Part shown: one piece after another, positions 9,139-19,431 of the stretch | How positions within the stretch are numbered: position 1 is the first letter of the stretch | Layout: every line of letters begins with the position of its first letter | Assembly (NCBI GenBank): GCA_020053475.1 | Contig: JAGVNC010000028.1 | Location: forward strand, 551-64,550 | DNA length: 64,000 nt | Reading direction: 5' to 3' | Source of the DNA: Candidatus Omnitrophota bacterium | GTDB taxonomy: Bacteria; Omnitrophota; Gorgyraeia; Zapsychrales; Zapsychraceae | Notes under the pieces: generated by a model | Seen by the model: the letters and a program-made list of their open reading frames with translations, nothing else | What the model was told of the DNA's origin: nothing | Database searches by the model: none | Position numbers and translations under genes: made by a program

Positions 9139-10306
9139 TTTTAACGGCAATCCTGGTTAATCTCTTTTTGACGTTGGCTTCAACTACATAATGATCGATC
9201 AACGGGGCAAAGGCGTTCATAAATAAAATCGCCAGCATCACTCCTTCGGGATATGCAGGATTGATCACCCGGATCAGGGTCGCCAAGACACCAACTAAAG
9301 CCCCATAAATCCATCGTCCTAAGTTTGTCGCCGCGCTCGATACAGGGTCAGTGGCCATAAACACGGCCCCAAAAGCAAATCCGCCCATCACCAAATGCCA
9401 ATGGGGAGGAAGGTTGAAAAAAGCTAAACGATCGGGGCCGCGCAGTAAGTAAAAAACAGTAGACATCGCTAACATTCCTAAAACACACCCCAATGTTGTG
9501 CGCCAACTGGCGACACGCGTGATCAACAAAAAGGCCAGCCCAATCAGACACGCTAAGGCGGAAGTCTCTCCAATCGAACCGGGAATAAACCCTAAAAATA
9601 GATTATGGAATGTAAACCCCGCGTGATTAAGGGCCTCGATGGCCGATGAACCTCGGGGAGCTTGAGCGGCAACCGCCAGCGGTGTCGCTAGCGTATAACC
9701 ATCAACAGCCACCCAAACCTTAGACCCCGAAATAGACGCGGGATACGCAAAGAAAACAAAGGCTCGGGCCGTCAACGCAGGATTGAACACATTCATCCCT
9801 GTCCCACCAAAAATCTCTTTGCCAAAAACAACGCCAAAAGAAATCCCCACCGCGGCCTGCCAAAGAGGGATGCTCGGCGGCAACGTTAACGCATATAATA
9901 TTCCTGTGACTAAAAACCCTTCATTGATTTCATGCTTACGCATGACGGCAAACAACACTTCCCAAACACCACCCGCCATATAAGAAACAAGAATAATAGG
10001 AAGAACTTTGAAAGCCCCCAGCTTCCAGCATTGGGCAGGATCAATCGGCAATCCTTTGGCTAATAAAATCTGATAGCCCGTATTGTAAACCGCCATCAGT
10101 GTCGCCGGGATTAAGGCGATCACAACAAAAATCATGACTCTCTTCATATCCACGTGATCGCGGACATGCGGCGCCTTAGGCGTCGTCTTCCCCGGCGTAA
10201 AAAGAAAAGTGTCCATGGCCTCATACAGTGGATAGAGTTTTTCCAATGGCCTCCCTTTTTCAAAAAGTTTTCCGGCTTGGTGCAATGTGTCTTGTAAAAA
10301 TTTCAT
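9131..10306 (-). CDS. nqrB: Na+-NQR subunit B
   Basis: HVRDHVDMKR, GKEIFGGTG, GSIGETS, FMATDPVS. Confidence 0.96.
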   Translation of the reverse strand: MKFLQDTLHQAGKLFEKGRPLEKLYPLYEAMDTFLFTPGKTTPKAPHVRDHVDMKRVMIFVVIALIPATLMAVYNTGYQILLAKGLPIDPAQCWKLGAFKVLPIILVSYMAGGVWEVLFAVMRKHEINEGFLVTGILYALTLPPSIPLWQAAVGISFGVVFGKEIFGGTGMNVFNPALTARAFVFFAYPASISGSKVWVAVDGYTLATPLAVAAQAPRGSSAIEALNHAGFTFHNLFLGFIPGSIGETSALACLIGLAFLLITRVASWRTTLGCVLGMLAMSTVFYLLRGPDRLAFFNLPPHWHLVMGGFAFGAVFMATDPVSSAATNLGRWIYGALVGVLATLIRVINPAYPEGVMLAILFMNAFAPLIDHYVVEANVKKRLTRIAVKNV

Positions 10307-11667
10307 TAATGATTAACCGCTTCTTCTTTTTCGATTAAATTTAATCCTTTGCGAATAATCCCGCCCACGTCTGTTTTCGACGGGCAGGCAAAAGAGGCCA
10401 ACGCAAAATCTTCCTCATCACATTCCAAGATTCCTAATTTCTCCATCTCGTCAATATCACCAACCATCACTGCTTTAATCAAAAAATATGTAAAAATATC
10501 CAAGGGGACGTATTGATCATAAATATGATTAAGAACAATCGCCCGGTCGCTGCCGTGTTTATCCGTATCGACAGAAGCTTCGCCTGCCGGTAAGAATGAA
10601 GAAACAAATGCGCTGGAAAAAGTGACGGCGTTAAAGCCGGGCGCCAACCATCCCAGGAAATGGCGCTTTCCGCCTTCGGGAATCACCGTCATCTGGGAAT
10701 CATAAGGCCCAATAAATCCATTGAGCCCAACAATCCTTCCCGATAAAACACTGCCGGCAATACAACGCATGCCGGACAAATGATTCGTTCCTAAAAGATG
10801 GGAAATAGGGGCTCCAATGATTGTTTTTTTATAAACGCGTTCGGGGGCACCTTCCCCTGTAATGGCCACAATTCTCTCAGACAAAGAAACCCCATTAACA
10901 AAAAGATTACCGATTCTCACAACATCCTGCGCCTCGACATACCAAATAAGGTCGCCTTTATTCAAAGGATCCACACAATGGATATGCGTACTGACGTTCC
11001 CTGCCGGATGAGGCCCTGAAAACTGATGGATTTCCACATTGTTTGCCTTGGTCAACGCTTTGGACTTGGGATTAGGGCTTACACATAAATAAACCTTCCC
11101 GGGGGTGAGTCGAGTGAGAGCATCCAATCCGGCCTGGAACAGATCTTCTTTCCCATTCAGGACAAAGTCTATATCCGCAGCCAAAGGCTCTGTATTCATG
11201 GCATGAATAAAAATAGATTTAGGCGTTTGATTAGGATGGGCTATTTGGGAAAACGGCCGTTGACGAATTGTAGGCCACATGCCGGCACCGAGCAATTCTT
11301 CTGTAACCTTATCCCTTGCAAGGGTTTTCAATAAACTTGGGTTATAGCTAGGAAAAATCTCAAAATCCATCTTCCCATCTGTTTCAATCACAATATTAAG
11401 GAGGGCCCTTTTATCGCCGCGATTAATCGCCGCTACTTTACCACTGACCGGGGAAGATATTTTAATTTCGGGGATCCCTTTATCATGAAATAAAGGAGTG
11501 CCGGCTTTAACAGAATCTCCCTGCTTAACAAGAGGATGCGGCTTAAGGCCCCGCAAAAAGCCGATGTCCACCCCCACAAAAGCAGGCAAAGGGGATTCGA
11601 CAACATTAGGGGCTGCAGCTCCTTTTAGCTTAAGATCACGGCCTTTTTTAATCTGGTGAGTTATCAT
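10306..11667 (-). CDS. nqrA: Na+-NQR subunit A
   Basis: IKKGRDL, GPHPAGNV, EEDFALASFACPSK. Confidence 0.95.
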   Translation of the reverse strand: MITHQIKKGRDLKLKGAAAPNVVESPLPAFVGVDIGFLRGLKPHPLVKQGDSVKAGTPLFHDKGIPEIKISSPVSGKVAAINRGDKRALLNIVIETDGKMDFEIFPSYNPSLLKTLARDKVTEELLGAGMWPTIRQRPFSQIAHPNQTPKSIFIHAMNTEPLAADIDFVLNGKEDLFQAGLDALTRLTPGKVYLCVSPNPKSKALTKANNVEIHQFSGPHPAGNVSTHIHCVDPLNKGDLIWYVEAQDVVRIGNLFVNGVSLSERIVAITGEGAPERVYKKTIIGAPISHLLGTNHLSGMRCIAGSVLSGRIVGLNGFIGPYDSQMTVIPEGGKRHFLGWLAPGFNAVTFSSAFVSSFLPAGEASVDTDKHGSDRAIVLNHIYDQYVPLDIFTYFLIKAVMVGDIDEMEKLGILECDEEDFALASFACPSKTDVGGIIRKGLNLIEKEEAVNH

Positions 11668-11811
11668 GAATAGAAAAATAAACGTCCGATCTCGATCGAT
11701 CAGGAAGGGCTAATCAGTCTATTGCGCAATGGCAAGAGAATACAAATAAAATCCTATAATAGTCTCATAAAATCAAGAATTCAATAAGAATTCTAAAATT
11801 TTTTTAAGTGT

Positions 11812-12978
11812 TTAACCCTCCTCCAAGATCATCGCTGAGGCTCCGCCCCCGCCATAACTAATCGCAGCTAGCCCGCGCTTGGTTTTTGAATACCTCATGG
11901 CGGTCATCAATGTCACTAAAACCCTGGCACCCGCCGCTCCCAACGGATGGCCCAACGCGATATCTCCCCCAAGAATATTCAATTTGTTCGAAGGGATGTT
12001 TAACCTTCTCTTTATATAAACCATCTGGGAACCAAAGGATTCCCCTATCTCAAAAAGGCCGATGTCTGATAATGTCAACCCACTTGACGCCACGCATCGG
12101 CGGATGACTTGAGCTGTGGACTCAAATGTTAATTTAGGATGGACGCCGATAGTTGTATAATGAATAATGCGAAATCCTTGTCGGGAATGACGGCTGTCAG
12201 ACGCCAACAAAACCGCCGCGGCCCCATCACAAGGCGTTGAAGAATTCCCCGCTGTCACCGTTCCCTTCTTTTGGAAAGAAGAAGGAATGTCCGCCAATTG
12301 TTTTAAACGAATATTTTCCCGCGGCCGATCATCTTGGACCACGCGCTTAAGTTTGGAAACATTGACAGGAATAATCTCTTGAGAAAGCAACCCCCTGGCC
12401 TGCGCCCGGACAACTTTTTGATGGCTCTCTAAAGCATACGCATCTTGGTCCTGTCGCGAAATCCGATATTTTTGCGCTAAGCCTTCGGCCAAATCTCCCA
12501 TCCATTTTTGCGATACCGAACAAAAAAGCCCATCGACCATCAGGCTGTCGGTGGTTTCAGCATGTTTACTGCCCTCGTCCTTACGATTGATCAAAAATGG
12601 CGCATGGGTCGCGCTTTCGCTGCCCCCGGCAATCATCATCCCTTGGTGATCCAACAAAGAAAGCGATTGGGCCGCTAAAATCACGGCTTGCATCCCCGCC
12701 CCGCAAACATTATTGACTGTATAGGCCGGCACGCTTGGCGAAAGCCCCGCTAACAAAGCCGCCTGCCGGGCGGGATTTTGCCCAATGCCGGCTTGAACAG
12801 TATTTCCTAAAATAATTTCTTTGATCTTCGACTGGCATTGATGGCGCTTCACCAGCCCCTTAATCACGTGAGCGGCCAATTGGACAGCGGAAAGGTCTTT
12901 AAACGCGCGAAAAGGACTGCTGATCGGTGTTCGAACACCGTCAATAATATAAACAGCGGGCAATTTTCTTTTTTTCAT
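11812..12978 (-). CDS. Thiolase-family protein with atypical active-site motifs
   Basis: GQNPARQA, NVCGAG and GHPLGA retained; NEAF changed to GESF and CxGGG to SYGGG. Confidence 0.9.
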   Translation of the reverse strand: MKKRKLPAVYIIDGVRTPISSPFRAFKDLSAVQLAAHVIKGLVKRHQCQSKIKEIILGNTVQAGIGQNPARQAALLAGLSPSVPAYTVNNVCGAGMQAVILAAQSLSLLDHQGMMIAGGSESATHAPFLINRKDEGSKHAETTDSLMVDGLFCSVSQKWMGDLAEGLAQKYRISRQDQDAYALESHQKVVRAQARGLLSQEIIPVNVSKLKRVVQDDRPRENIRLKQLADIPSSFQKKGTVTAGNSSTPCDGAAAVLLASDSRHSRQGFRIIHYTTIGVHPKLTFESTAQVIRRCVASSGLTLSDIGLFEIGESFGSQMVYIKRRLNIPSNKLNILGGDIALGHPLGAAGARVLVTLMTAMRYSKTKRGLAAISYGGGGASAMILEEG

Positions 12979-12979
12979 A

Positions 12980-14104
12980 TTACTTTTTGTTAAAACTGTT
13001 CAAAATCGCGTCCACGTCCACGTATTTTTTGACTAACCGGGCCGCTTCTTCGATTTTATCCTGGTCTGTTTTTTGGATTTTACAAATCAAATTCTCGATT
13101 TTAGCGGCAACGGTGTATGTGTCGTTTTCCGTCACTAACACAGGCATATGGCTTCGCTTTAATAGTTCCACAATCTTAGGGCTTGGAATGAGGCTTCCTG
13201 TCAAGATAATGCCCGCAATGCGGACACCAAACTTTTTCCCCTTCCCCTCGTCCGCCAAATGAGAGGTAATGGCCGCCAAAATATTGTCGACACGATCCCC
13301 GGACGTTAACACAAGCGTTCCATCCCGCAGAGAATGGATCATGTTGTGCGGCTCCATGGCCGCAACAATCGTATTATTGACCCGTCGGGCTAAAGCTTCC
13401 TCTCCGCACAATAATTTCAAATCCAACCGTTCATAAATTTGATCGAGCGTTGGCGCACTGAGCATCGGCTGTACCGGAATGACGCCTAACAACGGAATTC
13501 CTTTGTTTGCCAATCCCTTGCCCAAAATTTTCTTAATTTTCGCGTATTTATCCAACAAGACTTTATTGACGATGACACCGGCAATCTCGACTTGCTTTAA
13601 ATCAAAGAGCGCTTTATTTAAAATGATTTCATCGATGCTTTTGCCGATCCCCCCTTCGCTGACGATGATCGCTTTGGATCCTAAAAGGCGGGCGACATCC
13701 GCGTTGGAAAAATCAATGACCGACCCCACGCCGGCGTGGCCTGTCCCCTCAACGATAATCGCATCTTTACCGGCGGTCAAACGCTGAAACGCCTGCTCGA
13801 TCAATCCTTGCAACTTATCCTTATGCGGATTGAGAATATACTGCTCGGTATACCCGCGGCCGATGGTGACCGGGCTCATGTCTTTAAGTTGTTGCTTGGT
13901 GCGAAACACCTCGCCCATCAGATAGGAGTCTTTGTCCACATCCATGTCCCCCACATGCACATACTGTTGGCCCACGGGCTTCATAAACGTCGTTTTCAGC
14001 CGTCTTTCTTTAAGGGCACGAAATAACCCCAAAGAAATCGTGGTTTTTCCGGCGTTTTGATGGATGGATGACAGAAAAATATTCTTAAAAACTTTTGTTT
14101 TCAT
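12980..14104 (-). CDS. Stand-alone BioD-like/DRTGG protein (phosphotransacetylase N-terminal region)
   Basis: NAGKTT P-loop, KPVG, VEGTGH and TSGDR; no PTA catalytic domain. Confidence 0.8.
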   Translation of the reverse strand: MKTKVFKNIFLSSIHQNAGKTTISLGLFRALKERRLKTTFMKPVGQQYVHVGDMDVDKDSYLMGEVFRTKQQLKDMSPVTIGRGYTEQYILNPHKDKLQGLIEQAFQRLTAGKDAIIVEGTGHAGVGSVIDFSNADVARLLGSKAIIVSEGGIGKSIDEIILNKALFDLKQVEIAGVIVNKVLLDKYAKIKKILGKGLANKGIPLLGVIPVQPMLSAPTLDQIYERLDLKLLCGEEALARRVNNTIVAAMEPHNMIHSLRDGTLVLTSGDRVDNILAAITSHLADEGKGKKFGVRIAGIILTGSLIPSPKIVELLKRSHMPVLVTENDTYTVAAKIENLICKIQKTDQDKIEEAARLVKKYVDVDAILNSFNKK

Positions 14105-14164
14105 CGTGCTCGCAGGAAATTGAGGGATTCAATATGAATCTATTATAGTATTTTGGGGAAGGAA

Positions 14165-15040
14165 TTACTTAATTTTTTGTTTAAAGATGGCAGGCATTTC
14201 GTCAGGAACGTCCACGACCGTCACACCGGCGTCCTGAAGGATTTTACGTTTGGCTTCGGCAGTGGAATCCCCCGAAGAGATAATCGCTCCCGCGTGGCCC
14301 ATACGTTTCCCTGGGGGCGCGGTGCGGCCGGCGATAAATCCGACGACCGGTTTTCGTTTCACGACTTCTTTTTTAATAAATTCTGCAGCGATTTGTTCGT
14401 CTTGTCCGCCGATCTCTCCGACCATCACGATCCCTTTGGTTTCATCATCGCGAAGAAACATTTCCAAAACATCGATAAATCGTGTGCCGATAATCGGATC
14501 TCCCCCCAACCCTACACAACTGGATTGTCCGATATTCGCTAAAGAAAGATTGTAAACAACTTCGTAGGTCAATGTTCCGCTGCGTGACACAACACCAATA
14601 GGCCCAGGCTTATGAATATGTCCCGGCATAATGCCGACTTTGCTTTTTCCAGGGGAAATGACACCCGGACAGTTTGGCCCCACAAGACGGCACGGCTTGT
14701 TTTTCATCGCGCGGCGCACGTCAACCATATCTAACACAGGAAGCCCTTCAGTGATACAAATGATCAACGGAAGGCCGGCTTGAATATCTTCCAAAATCGC
14801 TGCTTTCGCAAACTTGGCCGGAACATAAATCACCGCCACATTAGCGCCTGTTCTTTCTTTCGCCTCGGCAACACTATTAAACACAAGGATGCCTTCAACC
14901 ATTTGGCCGCCTTTGCCCGGTGTCACCCCACCGACAACATTCGTCCCATAGGCCACCATCTGTTGAGTGTGGAAAGACCCGTCGTGCCCCGTAATTCCTT
15001 GGACAATCAGCTTTGTATTTTGGTCAACAAGAATGCTCAT
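14165..15040 (-). CDS. sucD: Succinyl-CoA synthetase alpha subunit
   Basis: QGITG, GPNCPG, SRSGTLTYE, RMGHAGA. Confidence 0.96.
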   Translation of the reverse strand: MSILVDQNTKLIVQGITGHDGSFHTQQMVAYGTNVVGGVTPGKGGQMVEGILVFNSVAEAKERTGANVAVIYVPAKFAKAAILEDIQAGLPLIICITEGLPVLDMVDVRRAMKNKPCRLVGPNCPGVISPGKSKVGIMPGHIHKPGPIGVVSRSGTLTYEVVYNLSLANIGQSSCVGLGGDPIIGTRFIDVLEMFLRDDETKGIVMVGEIGGQDEQIAAEFIKKEVVKRKPVVGFIAGRTAPPGKRMGHAGAIISSGDSTAEAKRKILQDAGVTVVDVPDEMPAIFKQKIK

Positions 15041-16167
15041 TTAGACAATTCCACAACTTTATTGACCGCTTCACGCATGGTAGAGTAGGTGTTGATCTCG
15101 TTCTTAGCCAAAAGTTCTTTGGCTTCCTTTTCGTTGGTTCCTGTTAAACGCACCACAAGCGGGACAGGAATATTAATTTGTTCTCTCGCTGCCAGAATCC
15201 CTTTGGCAATATCGTCGCAGCGCGTAATCCCGCCAAAAATATTAATCAAAATCGCTTTCACCTGTTTATTACGTAAAATGATTTTTAATGCACTAAGGAC
15301 TTTCTCGGGATTCGAACTTCCCCCAACGTCTAAAAAATTGGCCGGCTGACCTCCGCTTAATTTAATAATATCCATGGTGGCCATGGCCAATCCCGCCCCA
15401 TTAACGATGCAGCCGACATTGCCTTCCAATTTCACAAAACTAAGATTGGATTGTTTCGCTTCTAATTCATCCGCGTCTTCGTATGTTAAATCGCGCATTT
15501 TTTCTAACGCTTCATGGCGGAATAAGGCATTGTCATCAAAATTTACTTTCGCGTCGGCCGCGAGCAAATGGCCCTCCCCCGTGACGACAAGAGGATTAAT
15601 TTCAGCGAGGGAACAATCGTTTTCAAAAAACACTTTAATCAGCCCCTGAAAAATTTTTGTCCCTTCCTGCTGGTGTTTACTGCCGGGGAAAATAGAGGAA
15701 ATAAATGCGGGCCATCGGGCAAGATCGATCGTGTTTTTGCCTCCCAGATAAAATTTCTTGATGGCCGCAGGATTCATTTTAGCAGTTTCTTCGATGTCGA
15801 CGCCCCCCTCGGCGCTGGCGATAAGGACAACATCATCACGGCCACTGTCAACGGTCACCGCAACATAAAATTCTTTTTTAATATCAATGGCTTTAACAAC
15901 GAGGATCTTTTCGACAGGATACCCTTTGATGGATAATTTTTTAAGCACGTTAAAAGCTTCCCCCAATTCCTCTTTCGTGGCAACCTTCTTAATGCCTCCA
16001 GCTTTCCCCCGGCCTCCCACCAACACCTGAGACTTCAACACAACGGGATAGCCTGTCTCTTGAGCGATTACGAGCGCTTCCTTAATTTCGGTGGCCACGC
16101 GACCGTTGACAACAGGGAGTCCCGCACTTTTAAATAACTCGACCGCCTGATATTCATGGATCTTCAT
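15037..16167 (-). CDS. sucC: Succinyl-CoA synthetase beta subunit
   Basis: MKIHEYQ, GGRGKAGG, NGAGLAMATMD, NIFGGI. Confidence 0.96.
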   Translation of the reverse strand: MKIHEYQAVELFKSAGLPVVNGRVATEIKEALVIAQETGYPVVLKSQVLVGGRGKAGGIKKVATKEELGEAFNVLKKLSIKGYPVEKILVVKAIDIKKEFYVAVTVDSGRDDVVLIASAEGGVDIEETAKMNPAAIKKFYLGGKNTIDLARWPAFISSIFPGSKHQQEGTKIFQGLIKVFFENDCSLAEINPLVVTGEGHLLAADAKVNFDDNALFRHEALEKMRDLTYEDADELEAKQSNLSFVKLEGNVGCIVNGAGLAMATMDIIKLSGGQPANFLDVGGSSNPEKVLSALKIILRNKQVKAILINIFGGITRCDDIAKGILAAREQINIPVPLVVRLTGTNEKEAKELLAKNEINTYSTMREAVNKVVELSK

Positions 16168-16238
16168 TCTTATCCTTTCCCTCGCCCCAAAGGATCGAGA
16201 GAATGCACCTATTTCGATCAATAAAATTCTAAAGCAAA

Positions 16239-16835
16239 TTATTGCACCGGTGATTCATTGTCAACAGAGCTATCCTGGACGCTTTTATTGTCCGGTAAAT
16301 ACTGGGAAAGTTGCATCAATGTTTCATACCCGATTTTCCCATCAACTTTAAGCGAATGGGCTTGTTGAAAATTTCGGATCGCTTCTTGGGTTTTGGGTCC
16401 CAATTTCCCGTCCGTTGATCCGGGGTTAAATCCTTGCTCTTGCAAAATATTCTGGACCAGCTCAACGTTCAATTGCCCATTCACCATCAATCCTGTTTGC
16501 TGAAAAGCTCCTAACTTCTCCCACGTGTTTCGGTCCACAAAACGTGTCACCTCTAACCCATGGTCCTTTTGAAAATCGGCGATCGCCCGACGCGTTCGGG
16601 GCCCTAAAACACCGTCAATTTCCCCCGAATGATAGCCATAGAATTGCAATAAATTCTGTATTTGTTCAACGGGAGGATTAGCCTCTAAGGGGTCACTTTC
16701 CCCAATCACCTCTTTTTCCTCAGCGCCTTCCTTATGCAATAATTGATAAAGTTTTTCGCAGCCGCCACTTGTGACGATCAGCCCGATTAAACTGAAGGCC
16801 AAGATCCATTTGCGACAAAAAATATCCCTCATCAC
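16239..16835 (-). CDS. Lipoprotein with two peptidoglycan-binding (PG_binding_1) domains
   Basis: Lipobox-like SGGC; repeated DGxxGPxTxxAIxxFQ. Confidence 0.85.
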   Translation of the reverse strand: MMRDIFCRKWILAFSLIGLIVTSGGCEKLYQLLHKEGAEEKEVIGESDPLEANPPVEQIQNLLQFYGYHSGEIDGVLGPRTRRAIADFQKDHGLEVTRFVDRNTWEKLGAFQQTGLMVNGQLNVELVQNILQEQGFNPGSTDGKLGPKTQEAIRNFQQAHSLKVDGKIGYETLMQLSQYLPDNKSVQDSSVDNESPVQ

Positions 16836-16940
16836 AAACTCCTTGTACGGTACTTATTATAGAATAAAAACGCTGATCGTCTAATCAATCTTCAGCAGAA
16901 ATTGATTGTCGCCTTAAAGGGCCTGTGGTATCGTGTGAAT

Positions 16941-17321
16941 ATGACGAAAAACCATAAAATGATCGCCGGTGCCATCATTCTTTTTTTAGCCCTTAATTTT
17001 GTCCTGCGTCCCTACTTATATCAGCGAAGTGCGGTCAAATTGGTCCTTCGGGTTCTCGATGCCTGGAACAATGGTGATTTAACAAACGCTTACCCTGCAT
17101 GGGAAGAACCTCAACAAGCTCCCCCTGTTTACAATTTAACATCGTATGAACTTTTGCAGAAAAATTTCTATCAAGACCAGGGAACGCGTCATGCTGAAAT
17201 TTTGACTGAGCTTCAATTTCCCAACGACAACATTACCCCATCAGGGGAATGGATTTTCCATCTTAAAGAAACCCGAGGTGGATGGAAAGTCGTCGATTTT
17301 TATCAACAAAAAAGCCCTTAA
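16941..17321 (+). CDS. Hypothetical membrane-anchored protein
   Basis: N-terminal TM segment; extended -10 (TGGTATCGT) just upstream. Confidence 0.6.
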   Translation: MTKNHKMIAGAIILFLALNFVLRPYLYQRSAVKLVLRVLDAWNNGDLTNAYPAWEEPQQAPPVYNLTSYELLQKNFYQDQGTRHAEILTELQFPNDNITPSGEWIFHLKETRGGWKVVDFYQQKSP

Positions 17322-17360
17322 TCAACGATTAAGGGCTGAAGAGCTTACCCTGCCCCCACT

Positions 17361-17567
17361 TTACCAAAGATGTTCCTGGACCCATGCATCGAATCTCTTA
17401 ATCCCCTCGGCGATCTCTCTGACAAGATTCCCTTGTTCGGAAGGTTCACCAGCATGTTCTTCTTGCGTCGCGTTAGTCACTGAAGCCTCGTTTTGCGTGT
17501 CGGTTGTCGCACATCCCTGGATACTTAAGATCATCATTAACCCCAACAATATCATCTTCTTTCTCAC
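17361..17567 (-). CDS. Small lipoprotein
   Basis: GTG start after AGGAG; signal peptide ending IQGC. Confidence 0.65.
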   Translation of the reverse strand: MRKKMILLGLMMILSIQGCATTDTQNEASVTNATQEEHAGEPSEQGNLVREIAEGIKRFDAWVQEHLW

Positions 17568-17626
17568 GTTTGCTCCTTTATGGTTCGACTTTCGCCCTGC
17601 CATCCTGATCTTATCAAAGGGCCCCT

Positions 17627-18898
17627 TTATCCAAATGCCTCGTTGAGGCGTTGGACGGTCTTCTCTTTTCCTAAAATGGAAATTGTGTCAAACAACCCGG
17701 GGCCCACTTCTTTTCCCGTTAGCGCAACTCGCACAGGATGAACCAAATCTGATGACTTTAGCCCTAACTCAGCGACGAGGTCACGGAATATTTTTTCCGT
17801 CGATGATGAATCAAACGGTTGAGTGTTTGCCAGCCGTTCACTCAGGAGCTTAAATTCTTTACGAAGATCGTGCGCCAGGTGTTTTTGGCGGATGTTTGCA
17901 TCGATGCGCAGGCTGTCTTCAAAAAGAAAATCTGTCCAGCCCCAAAAATCTTTGAGGGTCGTCATGCGCCCCTTATACAAATCCACGATGGTTCTTAGCC
18001 TCTGACCGTCGATCTGTTCCAATAAACATCCTTTTTCTTGAAGCCCTGGCTTCAACAGATTCACCAAATCATCCGTATTCATTTTTTTAAGATATTGACT
18101 GTTCAACCATTCTAATTTATCCATGGAGAAAATGGCGGCCGCCTTATTGACTTTCTTAATCGAAAATTTTTTGACGGCGCTATCTAAATCAACCACTTCT
18201 TGATTATTGCCCGGCGACCAGCCTAACAACATTAAATAATTGACCAAGGCTTGGGGAAGAAATCCTTCTTGACGATAATCGCTGACCGCAACCGCCCCTG
18301 TCCTTTTAGATAACCGCCCTTCCTCTCCCATGATTAAAGGCAAATGCGCAAATTTCGGCGGGTGAAACCCTAACGACTGATAAATGATGAGCTGCTTGGG
18401 CGTATTGGAGATATGGTCCTCTCCTCGAATGACACAGGAAATTTCCATTAACGCATCATCCACCACGCAAGCAAAACTATAGCTGGGAGAACCATCGGAT
18501 TTGATGAGGACCTGATCTTTAATTGTCGCAGTATCGAAGACGATTTCCCCGCGGATCAAATCATACAGCTTGATTTCTTGCTGCGGCATTCTTAAAATTA
18601 CCGCATCCCCTTCGGCAAAGGCTTTGTCTTCCTTAATCAATCGCTGGGCATATTCGCGGTAAATTCCAAAGCGTTCGCTTTGAAAATATAATTCGTCCCA
18701 TGTAAGCCCTAGCCATTTCATGCTATCGAGAATTTCGTCGACGAATTTTTGATCCGAGCGCTGACGGTCGGTGTCCTCAATGCGCAAAACGAATTTCCCG
18801 TTCTGCGCCTTGGCATACATCCAATTAAACAGGGCCGTTCGGGCACCGCCGATGTGTAAATACCCTGTAGGGCTGGGAGCGAATCTTACTTTAACCAT
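17627..18898 (-). CDS. gltX: Glutamyl-tRNA synthetase (short form)
   Basis: RFAPSPTGYLHIGG, RIEDTD, RGEDH, LSKR. Confidence 0.95.
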   Translation of the reverse strand: MVKVRFAPSPTGYLHIGGARTALFNWMYAKAQNGKFVLRIEDTDRQRSDQKFVDEILDSMKWLGLTWDELYFQSERFGIYREYAQRLIKEDKAFAEGDAVILRMPQQEIKLYDLIRGEIVFDTATIKDQVLIKSDGSPSYSFACVVDDALMEISCVIRGEDHISNTPKQLIIYQSLGFHPPKFAHLPLIMGEEGRLSKRTGAVAVSDYRQEGFLPQALVNYLMLLGWSPGNNQEVVDLDSAVKKFSIKKVNKAAAIFSMDKLEWLNSQYLKKMNTDDLVNLLKPGLQEKGCLLEQIDGQRLRTIVDLYKGRMTTLKDFWGWTDFLFEDSLRIDANIRQKHLAHDLRKEFKLLSERLANTQPFDSSSTEKIFRDLVAELGLKSSDLVHPVRVALTGKEVGPGLFDTISILGKEKTVQRLNEAFG

Positions 18899-18933
18899 AT
18901 TGGTTCATTGGAATTGAGGGTTCTGATGGGAAT

Positions 18934-19347
18934 TCAGGGTTTTGTTTTGCTGCCGATGGCCATTTTGCGCACAACGTCATTCAAGCGCTGCTGGTCTTTC
19001 TTCTCGACGCTTTCAAATTCAATCCCCAAATCATAACTTTGACCCTTTTGAGGAAATTCTTCCCGGTGCAAAACGTTCCACACAATCCGCCCTTTACAAC
19101 GGATGTGTTCTTGTAAATCCATTAAATCCAATTCCAGGTCAACCTCCGAGAATGTCTTAATATCTTTTTTCAAAATAAGACAAATTCCTCCGACGCCGAT
19201 GTTTTCTGTGTGCGCCAAAATAAATTCTTTTTTTGAGTCACCCTGATGGGCGAGAACCACCATGCACGGGTAATTTGCCCGTGGAAACTTTCTTCGATTA
19301 ATCCCATCCCAACGAGACATCCAGATCTCCTTTTTGATTGCGTTCAT
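18934..19347 (-). CDS. PilZ domain protein
   Basis: RRKFPR, ENIGVGG and GIEF motifs. Confidence 0.85.
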   Translation of the reverse strand: MNAIKKEIWMSRWDGINRRKFPRANYPCMVVLAHQGDSKKEFILAHTENIGVGGICLILKKDIKTFSEVDLELDLMDLQEHIRCKGRIVWNVLHREEFPQKGQSYDLGIEFESVEKKDQQRLNDVVRKMAIGSKTKP

Positions 19348-19431
19348 CCTCTGTCCTTGGGGAATGTTTTTTCATAGTATAACATACATCGAAAAAGAGA
19401 AAACAGGCATTCTTCATTTTCTTAAAATTTC

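Noticed and set aside
18934-19347. PilZ protein as part of the Tad system
   Set aside because: It lies about 35 kb away among housekeeping genes, and nothing in the sequence links the two.
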